A DNA stretch of 64,000 bases, taken from assembly GCA_963676615.1 (NCBI GenBank), contig OY781092.1, forward strand, positions 672,001-736,000, given 5' to 3'. Positions 16,710 through 27,269 of this stretch are shown here, piece by piece. The notes below the pieces were generated by a model. The model did not search any database and was not told the DNA's origin. It saw only the letters and a list, made by a program, of their open reading frames with translations. A program made the translations under genes and the position numbers. The stretch is from Candidatus Cloacimonadota bacterium (GTDB lineage Bacteria; Cloacimonadota; Cloacimonadia; G963667145). Each line of letters opens with the position of its first letter. Position 1 is the first letter of the stretch.

Positions 16710-19664
16710 TTACTTAACCTCAAGAAACACAGTCTCAATTTCGGCAATTCCGCTCATCTTGCCAAAAATCTGCTTGTAAATCTCTAGCTGCTCTGGGTCG
16801 CTTATGCTTCCCGTTTTGTAATCGACAATCGTCGCTTTTCGTTTATCAGTCGAGACCATCACTCTGTCCAATCGAAACTCTTTATCGCCGTCAAAAAGCG
16901 GGTATTCGCACAAAATCGTTCCCCACTTTTCTTTGTCGTAAAGCCAAAAATTTGCCTGCAAAAATTGGTCAATCTTGTCAAAATAGCTTCTCCACTTTTG
17001 TCCGAATTTTGCCAAAGTCATCCTTTTTGCTAGCTTTTTTTCTGCGTCACTGTTCCACCGAATTTGGCTCAAATAAAAGTGAACCATCTGTCCAAAAAGT
17101 GCATTTTTTTTGTCTATTTCCTCAGATTTTATCGGCTGAAAATCTTTAGACTTAGCAAAATTTTCTTCCTTCCAATCGTAAGAAAAAAAACTCTCGCCTT
17201 GAGATTTTTGAGCAAATTTCGGCGAATTTTTGTAAGCGGAAAAATAGGTCTCGTCGCTTTCGTCAATCTCGCTTTCCGCAAAAAAACTCTGCATATTTAC
17301 CGCAATTTTCTCCCAAACATTTAGCTCTTTTTTGCCATCTGCAACTTTTTTCAAATTCAAATTCGCAAAAAGATAAAGATTGCTTTTAGCCCTTGTCAGC
17401 GCAACATACGCCAAATTCAAAATTTCGGACTCCTCTTTTGCTTCCACATCTTCAAAAAGCGTTTTCGCCAATTTTGGATAATGAAAAGTGAGCAAACTTT
17501 TGTCAACTTGGCTAAAATCTGGCGAATATTGCACAAAACTACGAAATTCTGGCGAGTTATTTTGGCGAGCTAAGCAGTTCAAAAAGTAAAAGACGGTGTC
17601 GAACTCAAGCCCTTTGCACGAGTGAATTGTCAGCAGATTTATCGCTTGTTTGCTCTCTCCCGCTTTTTGGCTCAAAGAGTCTTCTCTTTGCCGCAAAAAC
17701 TCCAAAATCCCCAAAATATCTTGCTCTTGATTGGCTAAAATTTCCGCAAAAGCGTTGATGTTTTTGAGGTCGTCCGAGGTGTCAAAAAAGTTAAGATAGT
17801 CAAACTTTTTGACGAAATCGGCAAAAAGATTTTTGCTCTCGGGCAATTTAAAACTCTCAATAGCTTCTTTGTCGGTCAAAATTTTGGCAATCTCATCTCC
17901 CGAAAGAAAAAGTGGCGCGTCTTTCAAAAAAAGAAATAAAGAGTAAAAATCGTCGTAACCCAAAAAGTGCAAATAGAGGCAAAAAGGCTTGATGGCTCTG
18001 TGTTTTAGCAAAGAATCGCTCTTTTTTTGATAGACAGGAATTTTGTGCTTTTGCAAAATTTGCGAAAAAATCTCAAGCTCTTTGTTTTTCCTGGCGATTA
18101 TCGCCATTTTGGACAAATCCAAGGTTTTGTCGTGCAAAATCGGCAAAACGGTATTTTCTACAACGCTCTCTATTTCGTCTTCGATTTTCCCTTTTCTGTT
18201 GGAAGATTTACTTGTCTCTAGGCTCACGAACCCTTTTTTTTGTAAAGCACAATTAACTGGATTGTAGCTCCAAATTTTACCGTAACTCTCAGAAAAAAGG
18301 TGATTTACAAAATCGATAATATTTTGGCAGCTCCGATAGCAAGTATCCAAAACCAAATTTTGGCAATCTGGCAGATAGCTTCCCACTTTATTCAAAAGCT
18401 CTTGTTCTCCGCCTCGCCAAGCATAAATCGCCTGCTTGGAATCGCCAACCGTAATTACCGAGCCATCAAGGCTTTGCACCATTTTTACAATGGGCAACAA
18501 ATTTTGAAACTGCACCAAAGAAGTGTCTTGAAATTCGTCAATCATCAAAACTTTTGGAACGACTTGCAAAAATTGCCAAAATTCGGCTCTCAACATTTTT
18601 TGTTCGTCCAAAAATCGATTATCTTCATACAGATTTTTTTGCAAAATTCTGCCAAAATCACTAAAAGTCAGCTCTTGCCGAGAATCTTTTAAGTATAGAG
18701 CTTGCGCTTGCTCCGCTAACTCTAAAAGGCGATTGTGCTCCAAAAAAAGCTTGTTTTCTGTCAGATATTTTTGCAATTTTGGCTGAAAATTTTCGAAACA
18801 TTCTCGAAAATTTTTTAGCTCTTGCAAATCGTTTTTTTTAGCTTTTTTAAAAAAAGAAGTTTCCCAAATTTTGTCTTTTAGCTCCAAAAAAGCTTCCAAA
18901 AAAAAATCGTCATCTTGCAAGGCGTTTTCAAGCTCTTCGGCGAAATTGTTGGACTCCTTGCCCAGATAGCTTTCAAAAAAAGTGCAAAACGGCTTTAGAA
19001 AGATATTTTTTGCAGGAAAAGCTGGCACTTTTTTTAGCTGAGCCGCAGCCAATTTTAACGACTCCAGCTCTTGCAAAAACTTTTTTTTTGCCCCCGAAAA
19101 ATCTATCTCTATCGACTCAAACTCTTGCAAATTTAAGGCAAGCAGGTCGTCCACAAATTTCGTGTATTTAAACAAATCTTTGCTTTGCGTCTCGGCAAAA
19201 AAAAGTTGCAATTTGGGATTTAAGAAAATTTTATTCAAAATCTCTTCTTTTTTTTGGGCTGGTAGCGCGTTGATTGCCGAAGTCTGCTCAAGTCCCAACT
19301 CTTTGGCTATCAACGAGTAGAAAAAATTTTGCATAAAGCTATCAAGCGTAAAAATCTTGAAGCTATCTTTGTGAAGCCGAAGCCAGGACGCCATTTTTTC
19401 TAAATGCGCCAAATCTTCTGTCAAAAGTTTTTTAGCGCAGATTTTTTCCAGATTTTTTTGCAATTCAGCGTCTTTTGACACAGCCCGCAAATGCTCCAAA
19501 ACTCTTTGCCGTATCTCCGCAGTCGCCTTCACAGTGAAGGTCATCACCAAAATTTCTTGCGGAAGTAGCGACTTGTCCAAGACCAGAGCCGCCAAATATT
19601 CCAGCGAAAGCCGATAAGTTTTGCCCGTGCCCGCAGAGGCAGAAATCACCTTGTTTTTCGACAT
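16710..19664 (-). CDS. UvrD-like helicase with C-terminal PD-(D/E)XK nuclease (AddA/RecB-like)
   Basis: ASAGTGKT, IDEFQDT, VGDSKQAIYAWRG, TIHSCKGLEF, YVALTRA, RLDR...IVDYKTG. Confidence 0.88.
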   Translation of the reverse strand: MSKNKVISASAGTGKTYRLSLEYLAALVLDKSLLPQEILVMTFTVKATAEIRQRVLEHLRAVSKDAELQKNLEKICAKKLLTEDLAHLEKMASWLRLHKDSFKIFTLDSFMQNFFYSLIAKELGLEQTSAINALPAQKKEEILNKIFLNPKLQLFFAETQSKDLFKYTKFVDDLLALNLQEFESIEIDFSGAKKKFLQELESLKLAAAQLKKVPAFPAKNIFLKPFCTFFESYLGKESNNFAEELENALQDDDFFLEAFLELKDKIWETSFFKKAKKNDLQELKNFRECFENFQPKLQKYLTENKLFLEHNRLLELAEQAQALYLKDSRQELTFSDFGRILQKNLYEDNRFLDEQKMLRAEFWQFLQVVPKVLMIDEFQDTSLVQFQNLLPIVKMVQSLDGSVITVGDSKQAIYAWRGGEQELLNKVGSYLPDCQNLVLDTCYRSCQNIIDFVNHLFSESYGKIWSYNPVNCALQKKGFVSLETSKSSNRKGKIEDEIESVVENTVLPILHDKTLDLSKMAIIARKNKELEIFSQILQKHKIPVYQKKSDSLLKHRAIKPFCLYLHFLGYDDFYSLFLFLKDAPLFLSGDEIAKILTDKEAIESFKLPESKNLFADFVKKFDYLNFFDTSDDLKNINAFAEILANQEQDILGILEFLRQREDSLSQKAGESKQAINLLTIHSCKGLEFDTVFYFLNCLARQNNSPEFRSFVQYSPDFSQVDKSLLTFHYPKLAKTLFEDVEAKEESEILNLAYVALTRAKSNLYLFANLNLKKVADGKKELNVWEKIAVNMQSFFAESEIDESDETYFSAYKNSPKFAQKSQGESFFSYDWKEENFAKSKDFQPIKSEEIDKKNALFGQMVHFYLSQIRWNSDAEKKLAKRMTLAKFGQKWRSYFDKIDQFLQANFWLYDKEKWGTILCEYPLFDGDKEFRLDRVMVSTDKRKATIVDYKTGSISDPEQLEIYKQIFGKMSGIAEIETVFLEVK

Positions 19665-19678
19665 TTTACCAAAAAAAA

Positions 19679-22387
19679 CTAATGAGCGTCCAGCCAATTA
19701 TCGGCGTAATTCAAGTTGACTGTGAGTTTAATTCCGCAATCAAACTCATACTCCATCGCCTTTTTTATTGCGGGGATTAGCGTTTCGAGCTTTCTTTTGG
19801 GAAGCTCAAAAACCAGCTCATCATGAACTTGCAAAACCATTTTTACATCTTGGGGCAAAATTTTTCCCAGCTCAATCATCGAAAGTTTGATAATGTCGGC
19901 GGCTGTCCCCTGAATCGGCATATTGACCGCAATTCGCTCCGCTTGGGCGCGCAATCGTTGATTTAGCGAGTTAATTTCTGTCAAAGGCAACGCTCTGCCA
20001 AAATAGGTGTAAGCCATCTCTTTTTGGCGAGATTGCTCTATTTGCGAGTTTATGAAACTCTCCACAACAGCAAATTTTTTGAAATATTTAGCAATAAAAT
20101 CTTTCGCCTCTTCGGTCGAAATTCCTGCCGTCCGACTCAATGCTCTAGCGCCCATTCCGTAAATCACACCAAAGTTTATCGTCTTCGCCAAAGCTCTTTG
20201 CTCTTTGCTAACATCCTCAGTTTCAAAGATTTGCATTGCAGTCTTGGCGTGCACATCCTCTTGATTGCTAAAAGTTTGCACAAGAACTGGGTCTTGACTC
20301 AGTGCCGCCAAAATTCTCAGTTCCATTTGCGAATAATCTGCCGCCAAAATGCAAAAATCGTCGTTTTGAGCCACAAAAGCTTTGCGGATATTTCTGCCAG
20401 ATGCCGATTTTATAGGAATATTTTGCATATTGGGGTGCGAACTCGACAAACGCCCTGTTGAAGTTATCGTCTGATTGAAATTGGTGTGAATCCTCCCAGT
20501 GCTAGGGTTTATCAGCTTTGGCAAAGCTAAAATATAGGTGCTCAAAAGCTTGTTGACCGTCCGAAAATCCAAAATAGATTGCACGATTTTATGCTCTCTC
20601 GCCAAATCTTCCAGCGCCGCTTCGGAGGTCGAAAAACCCGTCTTAGTTTTCGCTTTAGCGGGCAATTTTAAGCGCTGATAAAGAACTTCCTGCATCTGTT
20701 TTGGTGAGTTAAGATTAAACTCCGTTCCTGCCAAATCGAAAATCTCTTTTTGCAAATCGCCAGCAATTTTTTCCAGCTCTTCTCGCTGCTCATCCAAAAT
20801 TTTCTCGTCCACAAAAACGCCGTCTAGCTCCATCTGCGCCAAACTCCGCAAAAGCGGCATCTCAATTTCCGTAAAAACCTTTTCGAGATCGAATTTTTGC
20901 AGGCGCTGTTTGTAAATTTCGTAAAGTTTGTAAGACGCAAAAACATCCTCACAAGAGTATTTTGCCGCTTTTTCGACCGAAATTTCGCTAAACTTCTTGC
21001 CTTGCGTAACTTGCTCATACTCGATCATTGATTTGCCAAACTCCCGAAAAACGCAATCGCCCAAGCTGATTTTTCCGTTCCCTGGCTGAAAAAGATAGGC
21101 GGCGACCATCGTGTCAAAAAAAGTTGCATTTGAAGCCAAAACCTCTGTTGCCAAAAACTTCAAATCGAACTTTAAATTGTGCCCTATCAATGTCTTATCG
21201 TCTAGTTTGCTCAGAAGTTCTTTGAGCTTCTCTCTGCCCCAGCCAAACTCGGCGTGTTGCACTGGAAAATAAAAACAGCTTCCGTCTAAAAAACAAAAAC
21301 TCACGCCAATCAAACTGTCTTGCAGGGGGTCAAGCCCGTCTGTTTCGGTGTCTAAAGCAAAAACTTTTTCTCGCTCAATTTTTTGTCTCAATTCGCAAAA
21401 CTTCGCCTCATCGTTTACAACGACAAACTCAAACTCAAAGTATTCGTCTTTGTCGTCTTTCTGTTCCTCTTGCGAATCTTGAAAAAGCAACATTTGCGCG
21501 TCGTCCGACTTTTTGCTTTTGGGTCGCTCTTCCGAAAAAAGTTCTTTTGCTTTTTTGGCAAGATTCCACAGCTGCTGTTCTGCCAAAAGCTCCTCCAGCG
21601 CCGCAAGTCCGCTTTTGTCGAAGTTCAAATTTGAGCAATCTAGTTCTATATCCGTAACGATTTTTGCCAATTTTTGCGACAAAAAAGCGTTCTGCTTACT
21701 GTCAATCAACTTTTGCTGTGCCGATTTCGGCGTAACTTCGGCTATCTTTTCGTAAATTGTCTCTAGAGTTTCGAACTCGTTCAAAAGCTTTTTCGCCCCC
21801 ACTTTGCCGATACCCGCAACGCCAGGAATGTTGTCGGCGCTATCCCCGACAATCGCTAGATAATCGACCATCTGGCTGGGCTTTATTCCTAATTTTTCTT
21901 GCACAAAACCGCTGTCGATAGTCGCATTTTTCGCAGGGTCAAACATCGAAACTTTCTCGTCGATAAGCTGATAAAAATCTTTGTCGCCCGAAACAACCAC
22001 AACCTCGTTTTCGCTCTTCAATTTTGTTGCAAAAGAGCCGATAATATCGTCCGCTTCATAATTTTTTTGCTTTAAATTTGTAACGCCTATCTCCGCAAAA
22101 ATCTCTTGGATAATCCCAATTTGCCGAATTAACTCATCGGGCATCGGCGGTCTGTTGGCTTTATAATCCGAAAAAATTTGGTTGCGAAAAGAACCACCTT
22201 TTTGGTCAAAAGTTATGGCAAGATGTTGCGGATCAAAATTTTTTATGAACTTGAAAAACATATTGAAAGTGCCGTAAATCGCACTGACAATCTCACCCCT
22301 GTCGTTGGTCAGGGGAAATTTTGCAAAAGCGTAGTGCGAGCGATAAACAACTGCGCTACCGTCAATTATATAGATTTTTTTTTTCAT
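19679..22387 (-). CDS. polA: DNA polymerase I
   Basis: 5' nuclease (IDG, EADD, GDKD, GDSADNIPG), 3'-5' exonuclease DTET, polymerase DYSQMELR, KTINFG, QVHDE. Confidence 0.97.
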   Translation of the reverse strand: MKKKIYIIDGSAVVYRSHYAFAKFPLTNDRGEIVSAIYGTFNMFFKFIKNFDPQHLAITFDQKGGSFRNQIFSDYKANRPPMPDELIRQIGIIQEIFAEIGVTNLKQKNYEADDIIGSFATKLKSENEVVVVSGDKDFYQLIDEKVSMFDPAKNATIDSGFVQEKLGIKPSQMVDYLAIVGDSADNIPGVAGIGKVGAKKLLNEFETLETIYEKIAEVTPKSAQQKLIDSKQNAFLSQKLAKIVTDIELDCSNLNFDKSGLAALEELLAEQQLWNLAKKAKELFSEERPKSKKSDDAQMLLFQDSQEEQKDDKDEYFEFEFVVVNDEAKFCELRQKIEREKVFALDTETDGLDPLQDSLIGVSFCFLDGSCFYFPVQHAEFGWGREKLKELLSKLDDKTLIGHNLKFDLKFLATEVLASNATFFDTMVAAYLFQPGNGKISLGDCVFREFGKSMIEYEQVTQGKKFSEISVEKAAKYSCEDVFASYKLYEIYKQRLQKFDLEKVFTEIEMPLLRSLAQMELDGVFVDEKILDEQREELEKIAGDLQKEIFDLAGTEFNLNSPKQMQEVLYQRLKLPAKAKTKTGFSTSEAALEDLAREHKIVQSILDFRTVNKLLSTYILALPKLINPSTGRIHTNFNQTITSTGRLSSSHPNMQNIPIKSASGRNIRKAFVAQNDDFCILAADYSQMELRILAALSQDPVLVQTFSNQEDVHAKTAMQIFETEDVSKEQRALAKTINFGVIYGMGARALSRTAGISTEEAKDFIAKYFKKFAVVESFINSQIEQSRQKEMAYTYFGRALPLTEINSLNQRLRAQAERIAVNMPIQGTAADIIKLSMIELGKILPQDVKMVLQVHDELVFELPKRKLETLIPAIKKAMEYEFDCGIKLTVNLNYADNWLDAH

Positions 22388-23577
22388 ATCTTACTCATTT
22401 TAATCAAGTTCACCGCTTTTTTGTTCGCTTTTTCCACCCTCAGCTGCCACACGCCCAAACTCAAAATCGTCCCCGTTTTGGGAATGCCTTGCAATTTATA
22501 AAGTATCAGCCCAGCGATGGTGTTGTAGTTTTGGTCTTCGGGCAAATCGAAACCGTATTTTTCGTTCAAAACATCCACTTCGGCTTTGCCATCGATCAAA
22601 AAAATGTCGTTATCCAGCTGTCGCACAAAAATTTCGTCGCCAGAATCGTATTCGTCCTCTATCTCGCCGACCAACTCTTCCAAAATATCCTCAATCGTCA
22701 CCAAACCAGATGTGCCGCCATACGAATCCACCAAGACGCAAAAAACATTTTTGCTGTTTTGCATATTTACTAAAAGTTTATCGATTTCAATGCTGTCTGG
22801 CGCAAAAAAAGGCTTTCGCATCAGCTGTGAGATCTCTTTTTTGTCCGTTTTGAGCAAGTCATAAAGGGTGAGAACGCCCACAATGTTGTCCACAGATTCG
22901 GCGTAAACGGGAAACCTGGAAAACCCACTTTCTCGAGCCAAAGCCAGCACATCATCGATGCTTTTATTTTGTTCAATTGCAACAAGTTCTGTGCGTGGAG
23001 TCATAATTTTTTTCGCATCAACCACAGAAAATTCTAGTCCCTCTTGGATCAAATTTTCGGACTTGCTATCTTTTTCGTCTCCCAAAATACTCGCCAGCTG
23101 ATAAGGCAAAATTATCTCCTCATTGAGCTGCGGAGTTCTCTCGATTTTTTTTATAAACCATGTTAAAAAAAATGTGAAAACATAAAACAGTTTGTAAAAC
23201 AGCAAAAACAATGGCAAAGATTTTCTGACCATTTTTTTGGGATATTCTCGATAAAAAATCTTGGGCAAACTTTCGGCAAAAACCACCATAAAACCAGCCA
23301 AAAATAAAGATAAAAGTTCCGAAGAATACGAGAGCGAAAGATTTTTTGTGCAATAAAATGTGAACAGTGAAGCCAAAGCTGTGTTAGCTAAATTATTGCC
23401 AATCAAGACAGATGTGAGGATTTTATCCATATTTTTTTGCAACGAATAAATCCGCTTGGCGACTTTACTTTTTTTTGCCTCGAGTTTTAGAGAAATTTTG
23501 TCCAGCGACAAAAAACCTGTCTCCAATCCAGAAAAAAATGCAGACAAAAAGAAAAGTAAAATCAAAAGATAAATCAT
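22384..23577 (-). CDS. Hemolysin-family CNNM/CBS/CorC membrane protein
   Basis: SAFFSGLE, LIGNNL, IMTPR, SRFPVY, GLVTIEDILEELVGEI. Confidence 0.9.
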   Translation of the reverse strand: MIYLLILLFFLSAFFSGLETGFLSLDKISLKLEAKKSKVAKRIYSLQKNMDKILTSVLIGNNLANTALASLFTFYCTKNLSLSYSSELLSLFLAGFMVVFAESLPKIFYREYPKKMVRKSLPLFLLFYKLFYVFTFFLTWFIKKIERTPQLNEEIILPYQLASILGDEKDSKSENLIQEGLEFSVVDAKKIMTPRTELVAIEQNKSIDDVLALARESGFSRFPVYAESVDNIVGVLTLYDLLKTDKKEISQLMRKPFFAPDSIEIDKLLVNMQNSKNVFCVLVDSYGGTSGLVTIEDILEELVGEIEDEYDSGDEIFVRQLDNDIFLIDGKAEVDVLNEKYGFDLPEDQNYNTIAGLILYKLQGIPKTGTILSLGVWQLRVEKANKKAVNLIKMSKI

Positions 23578-24281
23578 TTCTGTCGGCTAAACTTCAGTCT
23601 CCAAACCATAAAAATCGCTTCAAAAATAATGCCAAAATTCATCTTCGACCGCCCAAGAGTTCGGTCGGTAAAAACGATCGGAATCTCTTGAATTTTAAAC
23701 CCTTTTTTCCAGACGCGATAGTTCATTTCTATCTGAAAAGAGTAGCCCTCGGCGTTGATTTTATCCAAATCTATCGAGCGTAACACACTCGCTTTAAAGC
23801 ACTTAAAACCGCCAGTTGGGTCTTTGATTTTCATTCCTGTTATGGCTCTGGCATAAAACGACGCTCCGTAGCTCAAAAACAGCCTTTTCAGCGGCCAGTT
23901 GACGATATGCACGCCGCCAATATAGCGAGAGCCGATAACCAAGTCGTTGTCTTTGCAAGCGTCCACAAGGCGTGGAATATCCGCTGGATCGTGAGACAAA
24001 TCGGCATCCATCTCCATAATGTAGTCGTAACCTTTTTGCAAAGCGTGCTTGAAGCCCTTGATATAGGCAGAGCCAAGCCCCATTTTTTTGGGTCTGACAA
24101 TCAATTGAATCCGCTCGTCTTTTGCCGCAATCTCTTTCACCAGCTCGTAAGTTTTGTCGCTAGAATTATCGTCAACAATCAAAACATCGACATCGCTTTT
24201 CGCCGCAAAAATCCTAGCAAACAAGCTCTCAATATTCGACCGCTCGTTGTAGGTTGGGATAATTATCAGAGTCTTATTCAA
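23574..24281 (-). CDS. GT2 polyprenol-monophosphomannose synthase-like glycosyltransferase
   Basis: IIPTYNE, VDDNS, MDADLSH, GSRY, D.TGGF, GYSFQIE. Confidence 0.9.
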   Translation of the reverse strand: MNKTLIIIPTYNERSNIESLFARIFAAKSDVDVLIVDDNSSDKTYELVKEIAAKDERIQLIVRPKKMGLGSAYIKGFKHALQKGYDYIMEMDADLSHDPADIPRLVDACKDNDLVIGSRYIGGVHIVNWPLKRLFLSYGASFYARAITGMKIKDPTGGFKCFKASVLRSIDLDKINAEGYSFQIEMNYRVWKKGFKIQEIPIVFTDRTLGRSKMNFGIIFEAIFMVWRLKFSRQK

Positions 24282-25578
24282 AGCGACCTCGCTTAATATC
24301 TTCGTTGCTCTGAATCAAAGCCTTAATCGGCTCGAGCTTATTGATAGAGCGAGACTCTAGCACCTTCAAAATCGTTCCACCGCCAGTAAAAAAGTAATAG
24401 TTCGGGTCGTCTTCTGCGCGGCGAAAAACTATCGGCAAACCAAGCTTAAACTCCTGGTTTGTGTCGCCGCCACCATAAAGCTTGTGCGCCTTTTTGTTTT
24501 CATCAATGGCGATATACAAAGCTTTACTCCCGTCCAAATAGTAGGGACTAAAGCCCATAACGGCGTTGACAAAAATCGTTTTCGACTTTGCTATAGCGTC
24601 CTTGATCTCTTTTTGCTCGACAAAACACGGCGACGCATCCAAAATGTAGTTCAGTTTTTGCCCCTTTTTCAAATCATCCAGCTTTATCTCACGCCAGTTC
24701 GACTCCTCTTTGCTCGCCAATTTATCGCTCTCAATCAAAGTTTTTATAATCAAAATTTTGCTTTCGTTTTTTCCAATTTTTTCGATAAACTTTTTCGCCT
24801 GCTCTTTTTGTTTGGGCAAAACGCCCTCGATATCCAAATCGTATTTTGCCGCAATATAAGTGTTGTAGATGTGTCCGCCCAAAATAAGATAATCGACCGT
24901 CTCGATAATCGAAGTCAGGGTCTCGATTTTCGTGTCGAACTTCATTCCCGCAATTACCGCCATCATCGGCTTTTTCGGCGCAAGAACGCTCTTTAAATTT
25001 TGCACTTCATACTGCATCAAATAGCCCGCATACGACGGCAAATATTTGGCAACGCCACAATTAGAAGCGTGCGGCTGCCAAGAGCCAAAAGCGTCGTTCA
25101 CAAAAATGTCGGCTAGCCCCGCCAACTGCTTGCTCAAAATATCTGCATCCTTGCCGCCGGCCTCTTCACCCATAAACCACCGTGTGTTTGGCAGATAGAT
25201 ACCGCCGATTTTCCGTTTTTTCAAATCTTTAATCAAAATATTTATCGAAGTATCAATCGTCTCTATCGGCTTGCCATAGTTGATTTTTGGCACAACAAAC
25301 TTGGTGTAAAGTCTATTTTCCAGATAGCGAACAATCGGCTCAATAGAGTCGGTCTCTTTTATGTTGATTTTTCCGTCGTGACCTTTGGGACGCCCAACAT
25401 GGCTCATCAAAATTAGGCGACCACCTCTCTCCACGATATTGTAGAGCGTTCCGATTGTCCTGTTAATTCGCTCAGGATCTTTTATCTCGCCGTTTTTCAA
25501 CACATTATGATCAACTCTCACCAAAACAACTTTGCCACTTATGTCCGCATCTTGCAGTTTTGCAAATCTGATATTCAC
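24274..25578 (-). CDS. pgk: Phosphoglycerate kinase (divergent)
   Basis: VRVDHNV, SHVGRP, VNDAFG, GGGDT, TGGG. Confidence 0.85.
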   Translation of the reverse strand: MNIRFAKLQDADISGKVVLVRVDHNVLKNGEIKDPERINRTIGTLYNIVERGGRLILMSHVGRPKGHDGKINIKETDSIEPIVRYLENRLYTKFVVPKINYGKPIETIDTSINILIKDLKKRKIGGIYLPNTRWFMGEEAGGKDADILSKQLAGLADIFVNDAFGSWQPHASNCGVAKYLPSYAGYLMQYEVQNLKSVLAPKKPMMAVIAGMKFDTKIETLTSIIETVDYLILGGHIYNTYIAAKYDLDIEGVLPKQKEQAKKFIEKIGKNESKILIIKTLIESDKLASKEESNWREIKLDDLKKGQKLNYILDASPCFVEQKEIKDAIAKSKTIFVNAVMGFSPYYLDGSKALYIAIDENKKAHKLYGGGDTNQEFKLGLPIVFRRAEDDPNYYFFTGGGTILKVLESRSINKLEPIKALIQSNEDIKRGRFE

Positions 25579-25901
25579 CTTCTAACTCCTTTTGTAACAG
25601 CCAAATAAAGCTCTTTCGCATCTATCTCGTCAATATTTTTATTTTTCGTAAACTCGTCATAAACTTCGCTAAAATTTTTGGCGAGCCCAGTTTCGATCCA
25701 CTTTTTCATCAACTCTTCGCGCGAAATTTCATCCGCCTGCTCGCTTGCAAAATATTCCAAACATTTCAGCTGCACAAGCATCCGCACATCTGGCTGCATC
25801 CGCGTCAAAAAAGCCCTCAAAATGCAATCGCTTTCCTGACAACTCTCTTGACAAAACTTGCGCAAAAACTTCGCATAATCTTCTTTAGAATATTTTAGCA
25901 T
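25575..25901 (-). CDS. Hypothetical Cys-containing protein
   Basis: In operon, overlaps both neighbours; C-x3-C-x4-C and a later KC. Confidence 0.55.
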   Translation of the reverse strand: MLKYSKEDYAKFLRKFCQESCQESDCILRAFLTRMQPDVRMLVQLKCLEYFASEQADEISREELMKKWIETGLAKNFSEVYDEFTKNKNIDEIDAKELYLAVTKGVRR

Positions 25902-26577
25902 AGTCCTGTTTTTTCTCAAGCAAAATTGGGTCAAAGCCCAGCAGCTGCCACATTTTCTGTCTCTCTTTTGTAAAACAATATAACTTTTTTGTCTTCAAAG
26001 CCAAATCAAAAATCTCCATAAAATCTTTTTCCTGCAAAACTGGATCTTTAGCCGTGCAAACGACTCTATGCGTCTCCTGCATCCTCTTTATCTTTTTATC
26101 AAAAGGCTTGTCAAACAAAATCAAATCTTCTGATTTTTGGTGCGATTTTGGCTCCAAACAAAACCTTTTTCTGTCCAAATCGAAATTAAAAAGTGTGGCA
26201 AAACTTTTTAAAACAGGCTCTGCTGGCGAAAAAGTAAAGTTACCCAGTTTTTTATTACCGCTCAAAATAATCGAATTTTCAAAACTTTTAAGCTCGGCTT
26301 TATTTTGGCAAAAATCTAAAACAATAGCGTCTCTTTTGTCGCCCAAATCCAGCTCTGCTGCCACTTTAACGCCTTCTGCTTCAAAAAAAGTTTGGCAAAA
26401 TCTACGCAAGTAAACAGTCGGCTTGAGCACAACTTTTTTAAAATCGTCTTTGCAAGAAAGCAAAAAAAACAAAGCATCCCAAGAGTCAAAATCTTCGCCA
26501 AACAAAAGAACGACCAAGCCTTTCTCTTTTAGCAAAGAGCCAAAATCTACCGATTTTTTTTTAGACAGCCCAAACAT
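25885..26577 (-). CDS. Hypothetical protein
   Basis: 230-aa ORF overlapping both neighbours in the same orientation; no recognised motif. Confidence 0.6.
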   Translation of the reverse strand: MFGLSKKKSVDFGSLLKEKGLVVLLFGEDFDSWDALFFLLSCKDDFKKVVLKPTVYLRRFCQTFFEAEGVKVAAELDLGDKRDAIVLDFCQNKAELKSFENSIILSGNKKLGNFTFSPAEPVLKSFATLFNFDLDRKRFCLEPKSHQKSEDLILFDKPFDKKIKRMQETHRVVCTAKDPVLQEKDFMEIFDLALKTKKLYCFTKERQKMWQLLGFDPILLEKKQDYAKIF

Positions 26578-27253
26578 AATCGCTAGGATTTTCGTAGAAA
26601 TCGATCTTTTTATTCGTCAAATGCGCCACGACATCAGAATTTTTTCGCACGCAATCTTTGTCGTGCGTGATGATTACAGAGGTAAATCCGCCTTTGCTGT
26701 GAATGTTGTTAATCAGATTGATGATACCGCCAGCGGTGTTCGGATCTAGCCCAGTTGTTGGCTCGTCGTAGATGATGTATAGCGGGTCTAGAGCGATGGC
26801 TCGCGCCAGCGCCACCCTTTTTTGCATCCCCCCAGAAAGCTCCGAGGGCATTTTGTGAAAAACATCGTGCAGCCCAACCATCTCCAGCTTGCTCACAACA
26901 ATCTCTTTAATCGCATCTTCGCTCAACTCTCGACGATGTTCAAAAAGCGGCAACGCCACATTTTGATAAACAGTCAGCGAATCCAAAAGCGCAGAACCTT
27001 GAAAAAGCATCGAAATATTTTTCTTAATCTCCAAAACCTGCTTACCGCGGGCTTTGTCCAGGTCAATTCCCTCAATCTCTATCGTGCCCGAAGTCGGATG
27101 CAAAATTCCCATAATGCTCTTCACCAGCACGCTTTTCCCCGATCCGCTCTCACCCACAATCACCGTTCGCTTGCCTTTTCTGATTTTGAGGTTGACTCCA
27201 TCAAGGATTGTCTGCTGCCCAAGCTCCACTCGCAACTCTTTGATTTCTATCAT
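26561..27253 (-). CDS. mlaF: MlaF-like ABC ATPase
   Basis: GESGSGKS, LFQGSALLDSLTVYQNVALPL, LSGGMQKRVALARA, YDEPTTGLDP, ITHD. Confidence 0.85.
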   Translation of the reverse strand: MIEIKELRVELGQQTILDGVNLKIRKGKRTVIVGESGSGKSVLVKSIMGILHPTSGTIEIEGIDLDKARGKQVLEIKKNISMLFQGSALLDSLTVYQNVALPLFEHRRELSEDAIKEIVVSKLEMVGLHDVFHKMPSELSGGMQKRVALARAIALDPLYIIYDEPTTGLDPNTAGGIINLINNIHSKGGFTSVIITHDKDCVRKNSDVVAHLTNKKIDFYENPSDYVWAV

Positions 27254-27269
27254 TTTAAGCGCTCAAAAC

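Noticed and set aside
16710..19664. Poly-A/T tracts of 8-9 nt as phase-variation sites
   Set aside because: Such tracts occur throughout the window, reflect Lys/Phe codon usage and do not break frames.
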